This document shows, one piece after another, positions 9,252-20,886 of a stretch of DNA of 64,000 nucleotides. The position numbers and the translations under genes are program-made. Within the stretch, counting starts at the first letter, position 1. The number at the start of each line of letters is the position of its first letter. The notes beneath the pieces are model-generated. The model did no database searches. It saw only the letters and a program-made list of their open reading frames with translations, and was not told the DNA's origin. Location of the stretch: sequence record OR228459.1; one strand, given 5' to 3'.

Positions 9252-9805
9252 ACAGAGCTATGAAAGAAGATATTTTTACAATTAAAGCAATCGAAAGTAA
9301 AGGTTATAAAATGGAAGAACTAATTGTTCTATCCGATGAAGAACTTGATGAATTACCAATTTCTCAACGTCTAATCGATGGCATTAAAACTGTTAAAGCA
9401 CGTGGAGGAAAAACGGCTGATCAAATCGCAGAAGAGATTGCCGATTTAATGACGAAAGACGTCACTAGTACTGAAGAAGTTGATGTTCCTGAAGTCGTTG
9501 AAGTTTACGAAACTCTATCTCCAGAACACATTGCTATTCAAGAAGAAATCATTGAAGAAGCTCTTGAAGAAGAAATTGCTGAAGATGAAGTTCAAATTGT
9601 TCGTGTTGAATCTGCACCAGAAGATATTAAAACTGTAGAAGAAGTTCTAGAGACTAAATCTTATAAATCATTCCAACCATACATCAAACTACTACAATCT
9701 GAAGTTCCTAAAGTTATTTTGGATGCAGTTGATAGTACGCTAATTTCAGAACTAATTGAAAAGCGTATCACTGCTGTTAAACAAGCAGCGAAAAAAACTA
9801 AATAA
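9248..9805 (+). CDS. acidic hypothetical protein
   Basis: 185-aa Glu-rich coupled ORF. Confidence 0.65.
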   Translation: MNRAMKEDIFTIKAIESKGYKMEELIVLSDEELDELPISQRLIDGIKTVKARGGKTADQIAEEIADLMTKDVTSTEEVDVPEVVEVYETLSPEHIAIQEEIIEEALEEEIAEDEVQIVRVESAPEDIKTVEEVLETKSYKSFQPYIKLLQSEVPKVILDAVDSTLISELIEKRITAVKQAAKKTK

Positions 9806-9833
9806 TCCTATACTATATTAGGAGAATTTAGGT

Positions 9834-10406
9834 ATGGCACAAAAACAAATTGCCTTACAACAAGTACGTTCGGGTAAACAGCGTGATTTACCCGATGCTC
9901 TTGCGAAAGGCCAGATTGGATTCAGTACTGACGTGGGTCGTTTATTCATTGGACTACCGAGTAGTTCAGAACCAGCATCATTAGTTGCTGGTCGTAACTG
10001 GACTAATGCACCAAACAGCGGGAAAGAAAACGTAGAAATCATTACTGAATTTACACCTTGGGAAATTATTAACAGTGTGGTTAATAAACCTAATGTATTA
10101 ACACTTCCAGCTAACCAAAAAACTACTACAACTATTCGTACATCGTCTCGCGTATTCCTTGAGTATGTTGCATACGATAATGATAAATTGTTAGAAACTG
10201 GTTCAGTTCAATTGGTAGCAGTTGATACAACGAATGTATTAATCTCTCAACAAAACAACACTAACAAATCTGATGGTATCGTTGCGATAGATTTTGAACA
10301 ACCATCATATGACGTAGGTACTAAACGTTTAACTATTACTATTAACAATCGAAGTAGTACCGCAATAACACTTGAATTTATTATAAGAGGGTGGGATAAG
10401 CAATAA
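9834..10406 (+). CDS. probable virion protein with Mtd_N/hyaluronidase-N-like motif
   Basis: QVRSG...LAKGQIGFSTDVGRLFIG resembles the RRG...GE-G-TD...L-IG tail-protein motif. Confidence 0.5.
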   Translation: MAQKQIALQQVRSGKQRDLPDALAKGQIGFSTDVGRLFIGLPSSSEPASLVAGRNWTNAPNSGKENVEIITEFTPWEIINSVVNKPNVLTLPANQKTTTTIRTSSRVFLEYVAYDNDKLLETGSVQLVAVDTTNVLISQQNNTNKSDGIVAIDFEQPSYDVGTKRLTITINNRSSTAITLEFIIRGWDKQ

Positions 10407-10424
10407 AGGCGAATCCCGCCTTTT
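10406..10424 (+). terminator. Rho-independent terminator
   Basis: AAGGCG-aatcc-CGCCTT followed by TT. Confidence 0.65.
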
Positions 10425-10433
10425 ATTTCCCCT

Positions 10434-10441
10434 TATAAATA
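10434..10441 (+). promoter_or_regulatory. T4-type late promoter-like TATAAATA upstream of nrdA
   Basis: Exact octamer 34 nt upstream of ATG; could be chance in AT-rich DNA. Confidence 0.4.
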
Positions 10442-10474
10442 TAAAACTGAAAATAATTAACACAAGGAAGTCAA

Positions 10475-12820
10475 ATGATCAACGTTACGAAACGTAATGG
10501 TGCTAAGGAAGCACTTAATCTTGAAAAAATTCACCAAATTCTATTTTTCGCTTGCGAAGGACTAACTGGAGTGTCCGTATCAGAAATTGAGGTTCGAGCA
10601 CAGTTACAGTTCTATGAAGGTATCGAAACTAATGCAATTCATGATATTCTAATTAAAGCTGCTTCTGAACTAATTACAGTTGATACCCCTAACTATCAAT
10701 ATGTAGCAGGTCGTCTAATTAACTATTCACTACGTAAGAAAGTGTATGGTAATTATGAACCACCAAAATTCGCTGCACATGTTCAAGATCTAATCGATCG
10801 TGATGTATATGACAAAGAAATTCTTGAAAAATATACGCTAACTGAAATCGAAGAACTAGGTAAGTACATCAAACATAAACGTGATGATAGATTCACTTTC
10901 GTTGCAATGAAGCAATGGGAAGGGAAATATCTTTGTAAGCACCGTGTTACTAAGCAAATTTACGAAACCCCACAAATGGCTTACATGATGATTGCAGCAA
11001 TCGTCTTTATGGAGTACAATCGTGATGTTCGTATGAGCTATGTAAAACGTTTTTATGATGCAATCAGTAATTTTGATATTAGTCTTCCAACACCAATCAT
11101 GGCTGGTCTTCGTACTAATACACGTCAGTTTAGTTCATGTGTGGTTCTAAACGTGGGTGATAGCCTCGATAGTATCGGTGCTTCCAACCATGCTATTTTA
11201 CGTTATATCTCACGTAAAGCTGGTCTAGGAATTAACTACGGTCGTGTTCGTGCAATCGATTCAGAAATACGTGGTGGTGATGCGGTACATACAGGTTTAA
11301 TTCCTTTCATTACTGCAAGTACTAAAACTGTTAAATCATGCTCTCAAGGCGGTGTACGTGGTGGTGCAGCAACTATTCACTTCCCACTTTGGCATCTAGA
11401 ATTTGAAAATCTTGTAGTACTTAAGAACAACAAAGGAACCGAGTTTAACCGTGTTCGTCAAAGTGACTACTGCTTCCAAATCAACAAAACTTTATACGAG
11501 CGTCTAACCAAAAAAGGTGATATTACTTTCTTCTCACCTAGTGACGTACCCGGTCTATATGATGCATTCTGCTCAGACCAAAAAGAATTCGCACGTTTGT
11601 ATAAGAAGTATGAAGCAGACCCTACTATTCGTAAGAAAGTACTACCAGCGATTGACGTATTCACTGTTCTAATGCAACAACGTGCAGAGACAGGACGTAT
11701 CTACGTTCAGAACATTGATTTGACTAACGAACACTCACCATTCGATCCTAAAGTGGCACCAGTTGAGCAAAGTAATCTTTGCCAAGAAATTGCATTACCT
11801 TCAGTTCCATTTGATGATGTAAACAGTGGTGAAGATGGTCTAATCAGCCTTTGCACACTAAGTGCAATTAATTGGGGCAACTTTGACAAACCTGAAGATA
11901 TGGAAAATGCTTGCGATCTAGCTGTTCGTGCGTTAGACTCTCTACTTGATTATCAGGACTACCCTGTAATCCACGCAGAACGAGCTACACGAGCTTATCG
12001 ACCACTAGGTGTAGGTATCATCAACTTGGCATATTTCCTTGCTAAACGTGGCCTACGTTACGATGATGGTGCATTGGAAACAGTAAACACATGGGCTGAA
12101 GCATGGTCTTATTACCTACTTAAATCTTCCGTTCAACTAGCGAAAGAAAAAGGTAAATGTGAATGGTTTGATAATCTAAAATATGCACAAGGTATTCTAC
12201 CAATTGACACTTATAAAAAGTCCGTCGATGATCTAGTAGGTACTGAACTAAAAATGGATTGGGATTCCCTACGTGCTGATATTGCACAATACGGTATTCG
12301 TAATGCTACTACTATGGCTCTAATGCCAGCAGAAACCAGTGCTCAAATTAGTAACAGTACTAATGGTATTGAACCACCACGTAGTCTAGTATCCGTTAAA
12401 GCATCTAAAGATGGTATTCTAAAACAAGTTGTTCCTGAAATTGGTAAATTGAAGAACAAATACACCCTACTATGGGATCAAAAGAACAACGAAGGTTATA
12501 TTAAAATTTGTGGTGTACTACAAAAATATATTGACCAAAGTATCAGTGCAAATACCAGTTATAACCCAGAACACTTCCCAGATAAGAAACTATCAATGAA
12601 AGTACTTCTAGGTGAACTACTAATGTGCTATAAGTATGGGCTTAAAAACCTATACTATATGAACACCAACGATGGTAGTGGTGAAATTGATATTGAACTA
12701 CTAGAGAAGTCTCAGTCAGAACAAAAGGCTGAAGCGGAAGAACTAGTACCAACAGGTGGATTCATTCTACCAAACCTATCAATGCTACCAGATGATGATT
12801 GCGATAGTTGCAAAATCTAA
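10475..12820 (+). CDS. nrdA: ribonucleotide reductase class Ia alpha subunit
   Basis: ATP cone (VTKRNG), QFSSC, QSNLCQEI, LYY, C-terminal CDSC. Confidence 0.98.
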   Translation: MINVTKRNGAKEALNLEKIHQILFFACEGLTGVSVSEIEVRAQLQFYEGIETNAIHDILIKAASELITVDTPNYQYVAGRLINYSLRKKVYGNYEPPKFAAHVQDLIDRDVYDKEILEKYTLTEIEELGKYIKHKRDDRFTFVAMKQWEGKYLCKHRVTKQIYETPQMAYMMIAAIVFMEYNRDVRMSYVKRFYDAISNFDISLPTPIMAGLRTNTRQFSSCVVLNVGDSLDSIGASNHAILRYISRKAGLGINYGRVRAIDSEIRGGDAVHTGLIPFITASTKTVKSCSQGGVRGGAATIHFPLWHLEFENLVVLKNNKGTEFNRVRQSDYCFQINKTLYERLTKKGDITFFSPSDVPGLYDAFCSDQKEFARLYKKYEADPTIRKKVLPAIDVFTVLMQQRAETGRIYVQNIDLTNEHSPFDPKVAPVEQSNLCQEIALPSVPFDDVNSGEDGLISLCTLSAINWGNFDKPEDMENACDLAVRALDSLLDYQDYPVIHAERATRAYRPLGVGIINLAYFLAKRGLRYDDGALETVNTWAEAWSYYLLKSSVQLAKEKGKCEWFDNLKYAQGILPIDTYKKSVDDLVGTELKMDWDSLRADIAQYGIRNATTMALMPAETSAQISNSTNGIEPPRSLVSVKASKDGILKQVVPEIGKLKNKYTLLWDQKNNEGYIKICGVLQKYIDQSISANTSYNPEHFPDKKLSMKVLLGELLMCYKYGLKNLYYMNTNDGSGEIDIELLEKSQSEQKAEAEELVPTGGFILPNLSMLPDDDCDSCKI

Positions 12821-12828
12821 TTAAAAAG

Positions 12829-12856
12829 AGTCCCACATGAAGTGGGACTTTTCTTT
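12829..12856 (+). terminator. Rho-independent terminator/hairpin between nrdA and nrdB
   Basis: AGTCCCAC-atgaa-GTGGGACT then TTTCTTT. Confidence 0.7.
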
Positions 12857-12883
12857 CACAGAAATAAACAAAAGGAATTGTAA

Positions 12884-14008
12884 ATGTCAGTATTTAAAAT
12901 TAACGAGAAATCACACTTAGAAAAGCATATGTTTTTTGATGAGTCTGTTGATATTCAACGTTTTGAATCCGTAAAGTATCCAGCATTGGAAAAATTAACA
13001 GAACAGCAAAAGAGTTTCTTCTGGACACCAGAAGAAGTAGATGTGACTCGTGATAAAATTGACTTCTCCGGTTTGAGTGATAATGAGAAACATATCTTCA
13101 CATCGAACCTTAAACGTCAAATCCTTCTAGATTCAGTACAAGGACGTGGCCCAAACTTAATGCTACTACCTTATGCATCCCTACCTGAACTAGAAAACTT
13201 TATTGAAACTTGGGCTTTCTTTGAAGGTGCTATCCATAGTCGTTCATATACGCATATTATTCGTAACGTATATCCAAACCCATCCGAAGTGTTTGATACT
13301 ATGCTCGACATTCCTGAGATTACTTCTTGTGCTGCTGATATTGCAAAGTACTATGATGATCTTGATGTAGCTGGCACTTACTATAAGATGCTAGGACTCG
13401 GTACTCATATTATCAATGGTGAAACTGTTGAAGTTAGCGAGTATGAACTCAAGAAGAAACTATGGCTATGCTTGAACAGCATTAACGTACTAGAAGGTAT
13501 TCGCTTCTATGTATCCTTTGCATGTTCATGGGCTTTTGCAGAAAACAAACTAATGGAAGGGAATGCTAAAATCATCCGTCTAATTTGTCGTGATGAGAAC
13601 CTTCATTTAGCAGCTACCCAAATGATTCTTCGCCTACTCAAGAAAGAAGATCCAGACTTCGCTAAAATTGCAGAAGAATGCCATGAAGAAGTACAAACAA
13701 TGTTCATGGATGCAATTCGTCAAGAAGAAGAATGGGCTGACTATCTATTCAAAGATGGTTCTATTATTGGATTGAACGCTCAAATTCTAAAAGATTATAT
13801 TCGTTGGATTGGTTCTAAACGTATGATTGCAATTGGCGTTAAATGTCCATTCAGTGTATCCAAAAACAATCCACTACCTTGGACTGTAGAATGGATCAGT
13901 AGTGCTGATGTACAAGTGGCACCACAAGAAACTGAAATAAGTTCTTATATTATTGGTGGTATCACTAATGATATTGAAGAAAATGATTTTTCAGATTACG
14001 ATTTATAA
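12884..14008 (+). CDS. nrdB: ribonucleotide reductase class Ia beta subunit
   Basis: FFWTPEEV, LDSVQGR, IHSRSY, LEGIRFY, RDENLH, PQETEISSY. Confidence 0.98.
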   Translation: MSVFKINEKSHLEKHMFFDESVDIQRFESVKYPALEKLTEQQKSFFWTPEEVDVTRDKIDFSGLSDNEKHIFTSNLKRQILLDSVQGRGPNLMLLPYASLPELENFIETWAFFEGAIHSRSYTHIIRNVYPNPSEVFDTMLDIPEITSCAADIAKYYDDLDVAGTYYKMLGLGTHIINGETVEVSEYELKKKLWLCLNSINVLEGIRFYVSFACSWAFAENKLMEGNAKIIRLICRDENLHLAATQMILRLLKKEDPDFAKIAEECHEEVQTMFMDAIRQEEEWADYLFKDGSIIGLNAQILKDYIRWIGSKRMIAIGVKCPFSVSKNNPLPWTVEWISSADVQVAPQETEISSYIIGGITNDIEENDFSDYDL

Positions 14009-14013
14009 TACTT

Positions 14014-14036
14014 AGGGACACAATGTGTCCCTTTTT
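14014..14036 (+). terminator. Rho-independent terminator
   Basis: AGGGACA-caatg-TGTCCCT then TTTT. Confidence 0.75.
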
Positions 14037-14050
14037 CATTGGAGTTATAT

Positions 14051-14233
14051 ATGAGCGACGTTTTTTCTTTTATGAGAGATGTTGAGTACGTAATAGTACT
14101 AGAAGGTTCTATTCAATTAACAGGTATGGTTGAAGAAACTTATGATAACGGTATTCAGTTACATGATGGAACCTGCATCCCACAGGATAAAATTTTATTT
14201 TTCAAAGCAAATCTTGGGACAAATCCCGAATAA
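14051..14233 (+). CDS. small hypothetical protein
   Basis: GGAG SD before ATG 14051. Confidence 0.6.
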   Translation: MSDVFSFMRDVEYVIVLEGSIQLTGMVEETYDNGIQLHDGTCIPQDKILFFKANLGTNPE

Positions 14234-14244
14234 TGTGATATAAT
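14214..14244 (+). promoter_or_regulatory. phage-specific GGGACA-class promoter
   Basis: TTGGGACAAA-N9-ATGTGA-TATAAT. Confidence 0.85.
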
Positions 14245-14272
14245 AAACACATCAATAACACAGGAGAAAAAA

Positions 14273-14506
14273 ATGGATAAGAACGCACTAAACGAAATGG
14301 TAGAAGAAAGCATTGAAACCGCTGGTAAAGAAGTTGGATACACTCTAAGCGAAGAAGAACTAGAATATTCTAAAAAAATCATTGCTCAACTATCTGGCTA
14401 TTACGCTCGTAAAGATGCTAAGAAAGTAGAATATCGCAAAATCAAACAGCGTCGTCGTGCTGCAAACAAAACTGCAAAAGCATCTCGTCGTAAGAACCGC
14501 AAATAA
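14273..14506 (+). CDS. hypothetical protein with basic C-terminus
   Basis: AGGAG SD; KQRRRAANKTAKASRRKNRK tail. Confidence 0.7.
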   Translation: MDKNALNEMVEESIETAGKEVGYTLSEEELEYSKKIIAQLSGYYARKDAKKVEYRKIKQRRRAANKTAKASRRKNRK

Positions 14507-14515
14507 GAGGTATTG

Positions 14516-14908
14516 ATGAATTTCACTTTTGAACAAATTCAAGAGACTTTTCCTAAACACGCCAACCGCACTAAGCGGTTGCGTAAGAAGTTACATGTAG
14601 ATGACTTCGCGGAAATTATGTTTTCGTTTACATTAAAAATTCCAGTATTTGATTTATCACCCAAACTACAGGATGCTTGTTTGGATATCATGTGTGAACA
14701 TGATGCTGGATGTTTTATCTTTTCTGATAGTTCATCTGCATCATTCAGTGTATTGTCTGGATTATTAAAGAAAAGTGTAAAAAATCAAGAAGAAATTATT
14801 TCGTACATTACGAATTTGATTTCAAAACTTTCAGAAGTAGAAAAAGAATTTAGGAATATTGACGCAGTACATGTAACATATGGTGATGCGTATTATGGAG
14901 AATGGTAA
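14516..14908 (+). CDS. yggL: YggL/DUF469-like ribosome-binding protein
   Basis: NRTKRLRKKLHVDDF matches the NRSRRLRKKMHIDEF signature; ends DAYYGEW. Confidence 0.7.
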   Translation: MNFTFEQIQETFPKHANRTKRLRKKLHVDDFAEIMFSFTLKIPVFDLSPKLQDACLDIMCEHDAGCFIFSDSSSASFSVLSGLLKKSVKNQEEIISYITNLISKLSEVEKEFRNIDAVHVTYGDAYYGEW

Positions 14909-15600
14909 TGAATGTACAAACCCAAATTGCACAAGTAGCTAATTTTATGAAAGCTGCTGGTCAAGAAATCAATATTACACCAACAGCAGTAAGTCTAGGT
15001 GTTGCAAATCTACGTTATAATCTAATCATTGAAGAGATCGCAGGTAGGAATGAATTTCAATACTGTTCCGAACGTGACGACATTGTTGGTATGCTAGATG
15101 GTCTATGTGATATTCTTTATGTTGTATATGGTGCAGCACTAACTTTTGGTGTTAAAATTAAAAGTACTGAAGTAGCTCATGGCATCGCGGCTGGTAAATT
15201 AGCTCCTGCACATATTTCAATTGACGCAGCTAAGAATATGATTTTCGATAGTGATCAATTTGTAGTAGGATACAAAACAGGAAATCTACATCTAGTAGAA
15301 CAATCATTAACGAACATTGTTAATGTTGTTTATGAGTATGCTCGTGTGATTAATGTTGATTTATCTGGTGCATTCAATGAAGTTCATCAATCTAACATGA
15401 GCAAGTTCAGCCCTACTAAAGAACACGCAGAAGAAAGTGCAGCGACTCGTCTAATTAAAGGTGATGAGAAATATCGCAATATTTATGTTGACAGTGTAAC
15501 TATTGATGGTGAAACATTGTGGATGATCAAACGCACTGAAGATAACAAGATTCTAAAAAGTCTTAATTTCTTTGAGCCTGATCTAAAAAAATATGTATAA
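14908..15600 (+). CDS. MazG-like nucleotide pyrophosphohydrolase (PRA-PH/dUTPase-like)
   Basis: LIIEEI, DGLCDILYV, FNEVHQSNMSK. Confidence 0.8.
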   Translation: MNVQTQIAQVANFMKAAGQEINITPTAVSLGVANLRYNLIIEEIAGRNEFQYCSERDDIVGMLDGLCDILYVVYGAALTFGVKIKSTEVAHGIAAGKLAPAHISIDAAKNMIFDSDQFVVGYKTGNLHLVEQSLTNIVNVVYEYARVINVDLSGAFNEVHQSNMSKFSPTKEHAEESAATRLIKGDEKYRNIYVDSVTIDGETLWMIKRTEDNKILKSLNFFEPDLKKYV

Positions 15601-15604
15601 AGAA

Positions 15605-15626
15605 AAAGGAGGCTTTTGCCTCCTTT
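15605..15626. terminator. bidirectional terminator between convergent genes
   Basis: AAAGGAGGC-tttt-GCCTCCTTT with A/T runs on both sides. Confidence 0.85.
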
Positions 15627-15633
15627 AATTATG

Positions 15634-17037
<1,404 letters not shown>

Positions 17038-17084
17038 TTATTTTGTTTTTGTTATGTAACTATTTAGCAACAAAATATGATTTT

Positions 17085-17115
17085 TTGGGACAAATCGGAA
17101 ATGATGTGATATAAT
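17085..17115 (+). promoter_or_regulatory. phage-specific GGGACA-class promoter for the DHFR-RNaseH-Dda operon
   Basis: TTGGGACAAA-N9-ATGTGA-TATAAT. Confidence 0.85.
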
Positions 17116-17145
17116 ATAAAAACATACAACTAACGAGGAACATAT

Positions 17146-17559
17146 ATGTTGGATATTGTTGTAAATCTTATAGGTATAATATTCTTTACAATATTAGCGG
17201 CTTCTGGCTTTACACTAACTGCACAAATATTTTTGTGGGTGAGTGTCTTTGTTTTTTCTGTTCTAACATTCATCGCATGGATTACGGTAGAACATAACAA
17301 AAATCTTTATAAAAGTGGAAAAAGATTATCAAAAGATTTTATTCAAATGATACCACTTTTAGCAAATACAGATTTTGATACAAAATGTGCACACATTTTC
17401 TGTGCAAGTATTATTATTGCAATCATTGCATTTTACTTACTACATGTTGTATTTCTATCAATTGCAGTTATAGCAGTAATGATTTTACGCATTGTAGTAC
17501 TACAGAATATAAAGGAGTTTATTCGTAATGTCGAAAATGATCCTAGCCACGAACAGTAA
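17146..17559 (+). CDS. integral membrane protein
   Basis: Several hydrophobic helices; GAGG SD. Confidence 0.7.
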   Translation: MLDIVVNLIGIIFFTILAASGFTLTAQIFLWVSVFVFSVLTFIAWITVEHNKNLYKSGKRLSKDFIQMIPLLANTDFDTKCAHIFCASIIIAIIAFYLLHVVFLSIAVIAVMILRIVVLQNIKEFIRNVENDPSHEQ

Positions 17560-18031
17560 TGGTGGAATTGGTATAAACAATACGATTCCTTGGCATAGTT
17601 CAGCAGATTTTAAACACTTCAAAGAAGAGACTATGGATAAAATCGTTATTATGGGTTTTAACACTTGGAAGTCTCTACCTAAACGCCCACTACCCGGACG
17701 ATTAAACATCGTCCTTCTTTCTCGCGAGTACAGTAAAGAGAACCGTGATGATGTTGACAAAGACACTTCGGTACTCTTTCTTGATATCGAAAATTTAGAA
17801 AGTATTATTGCTAATAACCCCGATTGTGTTGTCATCGGTGGAGCTAAAATTTATGAAGAAGCAATAAAGTATGTTGATACAATTGTACTAAGTATAATTG
17901 AGGGGGAGCATGAGTGTGATACCTTTTTTAATATTCACACCCATGCAAGGGAAGAGAATGTTCATTTAGAATTGGGTTTGGTTAAAATGTTAGATGATGG
18001 AACTATGGTAGAATATTGGAATACTATATAA
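17528..18031 (+). CDS. folA: dihydrofolate reductase
   Basis: [51 protein letters not shown], CDTFF. Confidence 0.95.
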   Translation: [167 protein letters not shown]

Positions 18032-18045
18032 TTGGGGTATAAAGG

Positions 18046-18480
18046 ATGTATACGATTTACACTGATGGATCATGTTTAGGCAATCCGGGGCCGGGTGGTG
18101 TTGGGATTGTAGTACTTAAAGATGGAGAGGAAATTGGTCGCTTCTCTTTTGGTGAGAAGCACACCACTAACAACCGAATGGAACTACTTGCAGCCATGAG
18201 TGGAATTGCATACGTTAAAGAAACTTTTGGTTATGATAGTAAGATAAAGGTAATAACTGATTCTCAATATGTCGTGAACGGAATGACACAATGGAGACAT
18301 GGTTGGAAGAAAACAAATTGGAAAGGTTGTAAAAAGAATCTAGATTTGTGGAAAGAGATTGATGTTTTGGGGGATGATTGTGAATTTGGATGGGTTCGCG
18401 GTCATAACAAAGACCATTACAATGAAATAGCTGATGACTTAGCACAAGCAGCAGCACATGAGGCGAAGGAGACGCAATGA
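18046..18480 (+). CDS. rnhA: ribonuclease HI
   Basis: IYTDGSCLGNPGPGG, TTNNRMEL, TDSQYV, WVRGH, NEIADDLA. Confidence 0.96.
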   Translation: MYTIYTDGSCLGNPGPGGVGIVVLKDGEEIGRFSFGEKHTTNNRMELLAAMSGIAYVKETFGYDSKIKVITDSQYVVNGMTQWRHGWKKTNWKGCKKNLDLWKEIDVLGDDCEFGWVRGHNKDHYNEIADDLAQAAAHEAKETQ

Positions 18481-19823
18481 GTAATATCACGCTTACGGAC
18501 AAGCAACAAGAAGTATATGATGATTTCATAGACCGAGTACACAACTTTCCGGGTCGTTCCGAATGTGTTCTAGTTGGTTATGCTGGTACTGGTAAAACAA
18601 CACTAGTAGCTGAAATTGTCGAAAGTTTATATAGAGGCTATAATATAGCTGTAACATCACCAACACATAAAGCAAACTCGGTCATCCGAAAAATGCTTAC
18701 ACAAAATGTTGGCCTAAGTGCACAAGATGCACAAGTAAGTACTATCCATTCTTTTTTAGGATTGAAACTAGTTTATGAAAAAAATCGTCAAGTACTAAAG
18801 CATGATCCACAATCGAAAAATAGTACATCTATGGTTGATGTTCTTATCGTCGATGAATGTTCTATGATTTCTGAAGAATTGTATCAGCATATCGTTGACC
18901 AGATGTATCGTGTTCGACGTGCTATTTTGTTCGTGGGAGATTCCTGTCAGTTACCACCCGTTGAAGCGGAAGGTACTATTGGTGAATCTAAACTAAGTCC
19001 GACCTTTAATGTACCAGTAAAATATGAACTTACTGAAGTACTTCGTCAAGCGTTGGATAATCCAATTATTAGTATCGCAACTGCGATTCGTGAGTGTATT
19101 GGAACTAATGGTGATCCATTGTCAATCCTTGATACAACTTACGGACTTGATACCATCATCCCAATAGATGATGAACAAGTATTCTTGGATGTATATAAAG
19201 AAATGATTCTTGAGCATAAGGGTTCGTCTAAGAAAATCTTTGATTTTGTTCAAGAAAATAAGATTATTGCGTACACAAACTATCGTGTTAGCCTTTCTAA
19301 TATTTATATCCGAAGCGAATTATTTGATAAACATCAAGACGTTGAATTCGTAAAAGGTGAACCAATTGTCTTTGATACTGTTACTGAGAACTGCCCCTAT
19401 GCGAATCAGGAAATTATTCAATGTCCTGAAGTACGCAAAGAGAGTTTCTTGGGGATTGATTGTTGGCAATTCAAACTACCTAATGGTAACTATATTCTAG
19501 GTGTTGGGCCAGAGTCAAAACAAGGTCTCGACGACTACTTAGATGATTTGGTGAAGAAGATTGAAAAGAAAGATATGAATCCTCTAACCAAACGTGCATA
19601 TCAATGGCAAGACTATTACATTATCAAAAACAAAATCAACATCATTAACTATCCATATGCTACGACAGCACATAAATCACAAGGTAGTACTTTTGATAAT
19701 ATTTGGTTTGATACTGATTTCATCGAACGCATTCGTAATAATGATACCAAATGTCGTATCATTTATACTGCGATGACTCGCCCACGATACAATGTTATGT
19801 TCCGTAAAAATGGAATGTTCTAA
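18477..19823 (+). CDS. dda: Dda/RecD-like SF1B helicase
   Basis: GYAGTGKT, PTHKA, VDECSM, GDSCQLPPV, TAHKSQGSTF, YTAMTR. Confidence 0.9.
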   Translation: MSNITLTDKQQEVYDDFIDRVHNFPGRSECVLVGYAGTGKTTLVAEIVESLYRGYNIAVTSPTHKANSVIRKMLTQNVGLSAQDAQVSTIHSFLGLKLVYEKNRQVLKHDPQSKNSTSMVDVLIVDECSMISEELYQHIVDQMYRVRRAILFVGDSCQLPPVEAEGTIGESKLSPTFNVPVKYELTEVLRQALDNPIISIATAIRECIGTNGDPLSILDTTYGLDTIIPIDDEQVFLDVYKEMILEHKGSSKKIFDFVQENKIIAYTNYRVSLSNIYIRSELFDKHQDVEFVKGEPIVFDTVTENCPYANQEIIQCPEVRKESFLGIDCWQFKLPNGNYILGVGPESKQGLDDYLDDLVKKIEKKDMNPLTKRAYQWQDYYIIKNKINIINYPYATTAHKSQGSTFDNIWFDTDFIERIRNNDTKCRIIYTAMTRPRYNVMFRKNGMF

Positions 19824-20026
19824 TGAAAGATAAAGAAGAATATGAATATCAAGCTCATAAATTCGTGTTCAGTAAAACCGTTGGTAAACAGTACTGCGTA
19901 TATTGTGGTTTAGTGAATACCAATAATGATTTCACGAAATGGGCGGTAGGAAAAGGGTGTTTGAATGCTTTACACCCTTCATATAAAAGTGTTAAACGGA
20001 AATACACTAATCGTTTTGATTTTTAA
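19823..20026 (+). CDS. small Cys/His-containing protein
   Basis: YCVYCG motif; coupled to the helicase stop. Confidence 0.65.
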   Translation: MKDKEEYEYQAHKFVFSKTVGKQYCVYCGLVNTNNDFTKWAVGKGCLNALHPSYKSVKRKYTNRFDF

Positions 20027-20064
20027 AAATAAATAAGAAAAAGTGTTCTTTATGGAGAAATAAG

Positions 20065-20604
20065 ATGAACAATTTATTCAAAGCATTTACAATCAAGGTT
20101 CCCGGTCAAGATCTAGATGATAAGCGTTTCTTCGAGTATGAAGATTTCGATTCATCCGATATGACCACACCAACTGACGAACAAGTGCTAGCGAAAGCTA
20201 TCGCTTATACTCGTATGCAACAAATCAAGCGTAAGCTATCAGAACTAACTGTACCAATTTATTGCACTGTTGAATTTGCAACAGAAGGTACAGCAAGTAC
20301 TGTTCCATCAGATGCTACTATTACTGTTGGTTACATTAGCTACGAGCCATTTGTTAGTACTGCTGACCCGATTCCAGATGAAGAATCTGCACAAATTACT
20401 GCTGCTGAAGAGGCAATCAAGAAAATCATTGATGATGCAATGGGTAGTGAACTAGTTCAAGAAATGGCTGCTGTACAGAAAATCACATCACGTACTATTA
20501 CGCCTCTACTAACTAAGGAAGAAAGTTATCGTGATGTATATATGGATTACATTGATGTACCTTCCGTCACCGTATCCAGTACTGTAGCATTCGTTAAACT
20601 ATAA
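20065..20604 (+). CDS. hypothetical protein, possible virion component
   Basis: GGAG SD; upstream AATAAATA. Confidence 0.65.
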   Translation: MNNLFKAFTIKVPGQDLDDKRFFEYEDFDSSDMTTPTDEQVLAKAIAYTRMQQIKRKLSELTVPIYCTVEFATEGTASTVPSDATITVGYISYEPFVSTADPIPDEESAQITAAEEAIKKIIDDAMGSELVQEMAAVQKITSRTITPLLTKEESYRDVYMDYIDVPSVTVSSTVAFVKL

Positions 20605-20629
20605 TATTTTTAGCATGGAGTCTATTGAC

Positions 20630-20827
20630 ATGGAACAGAAAGCCTTTTATAATCGTATGTATGAAAACCGTGAAGCATTTGAAAAAGTGATTTACGAGTT
20701 GGAACAAATGATTGACCAAGCACCTAATGCTCGCACACGCACCCAAGCTGAGTTGGCTAAGAACCAACTTATTCAGGTACAAATGATTGCTGATGCATTT
20801 CGTGAATATAGTAACAAAAAGGGTTGA
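20630..20827 (+). CDS. hypothetical helical protein
   Basis: GGAG SD favours ATG 20630. Confidence 0.6.
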   Translation: MEQKAFYNRMYENREAFEKVIYELEQMIDQAPNARTRTQAELAKNQLIQVQMIADAFREYSNKKG

Positions 20828-20852
20828 CAGCCCTTTTTAAATGACATATAAT
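20824..20852 (+). promoter_or_regulatory. sigma70 consensus promoter upstream of infC, overlapping a terminator hairpin
   Basis: TTGACA-N17-TATAAT; -35 sits in the loop of AAAAAGGG...CCCTTTTT. Confidence 0.85.
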
Positions 20853-20886
20853 ATACATAACTTAATACGACTGGAGTCTATAATAC

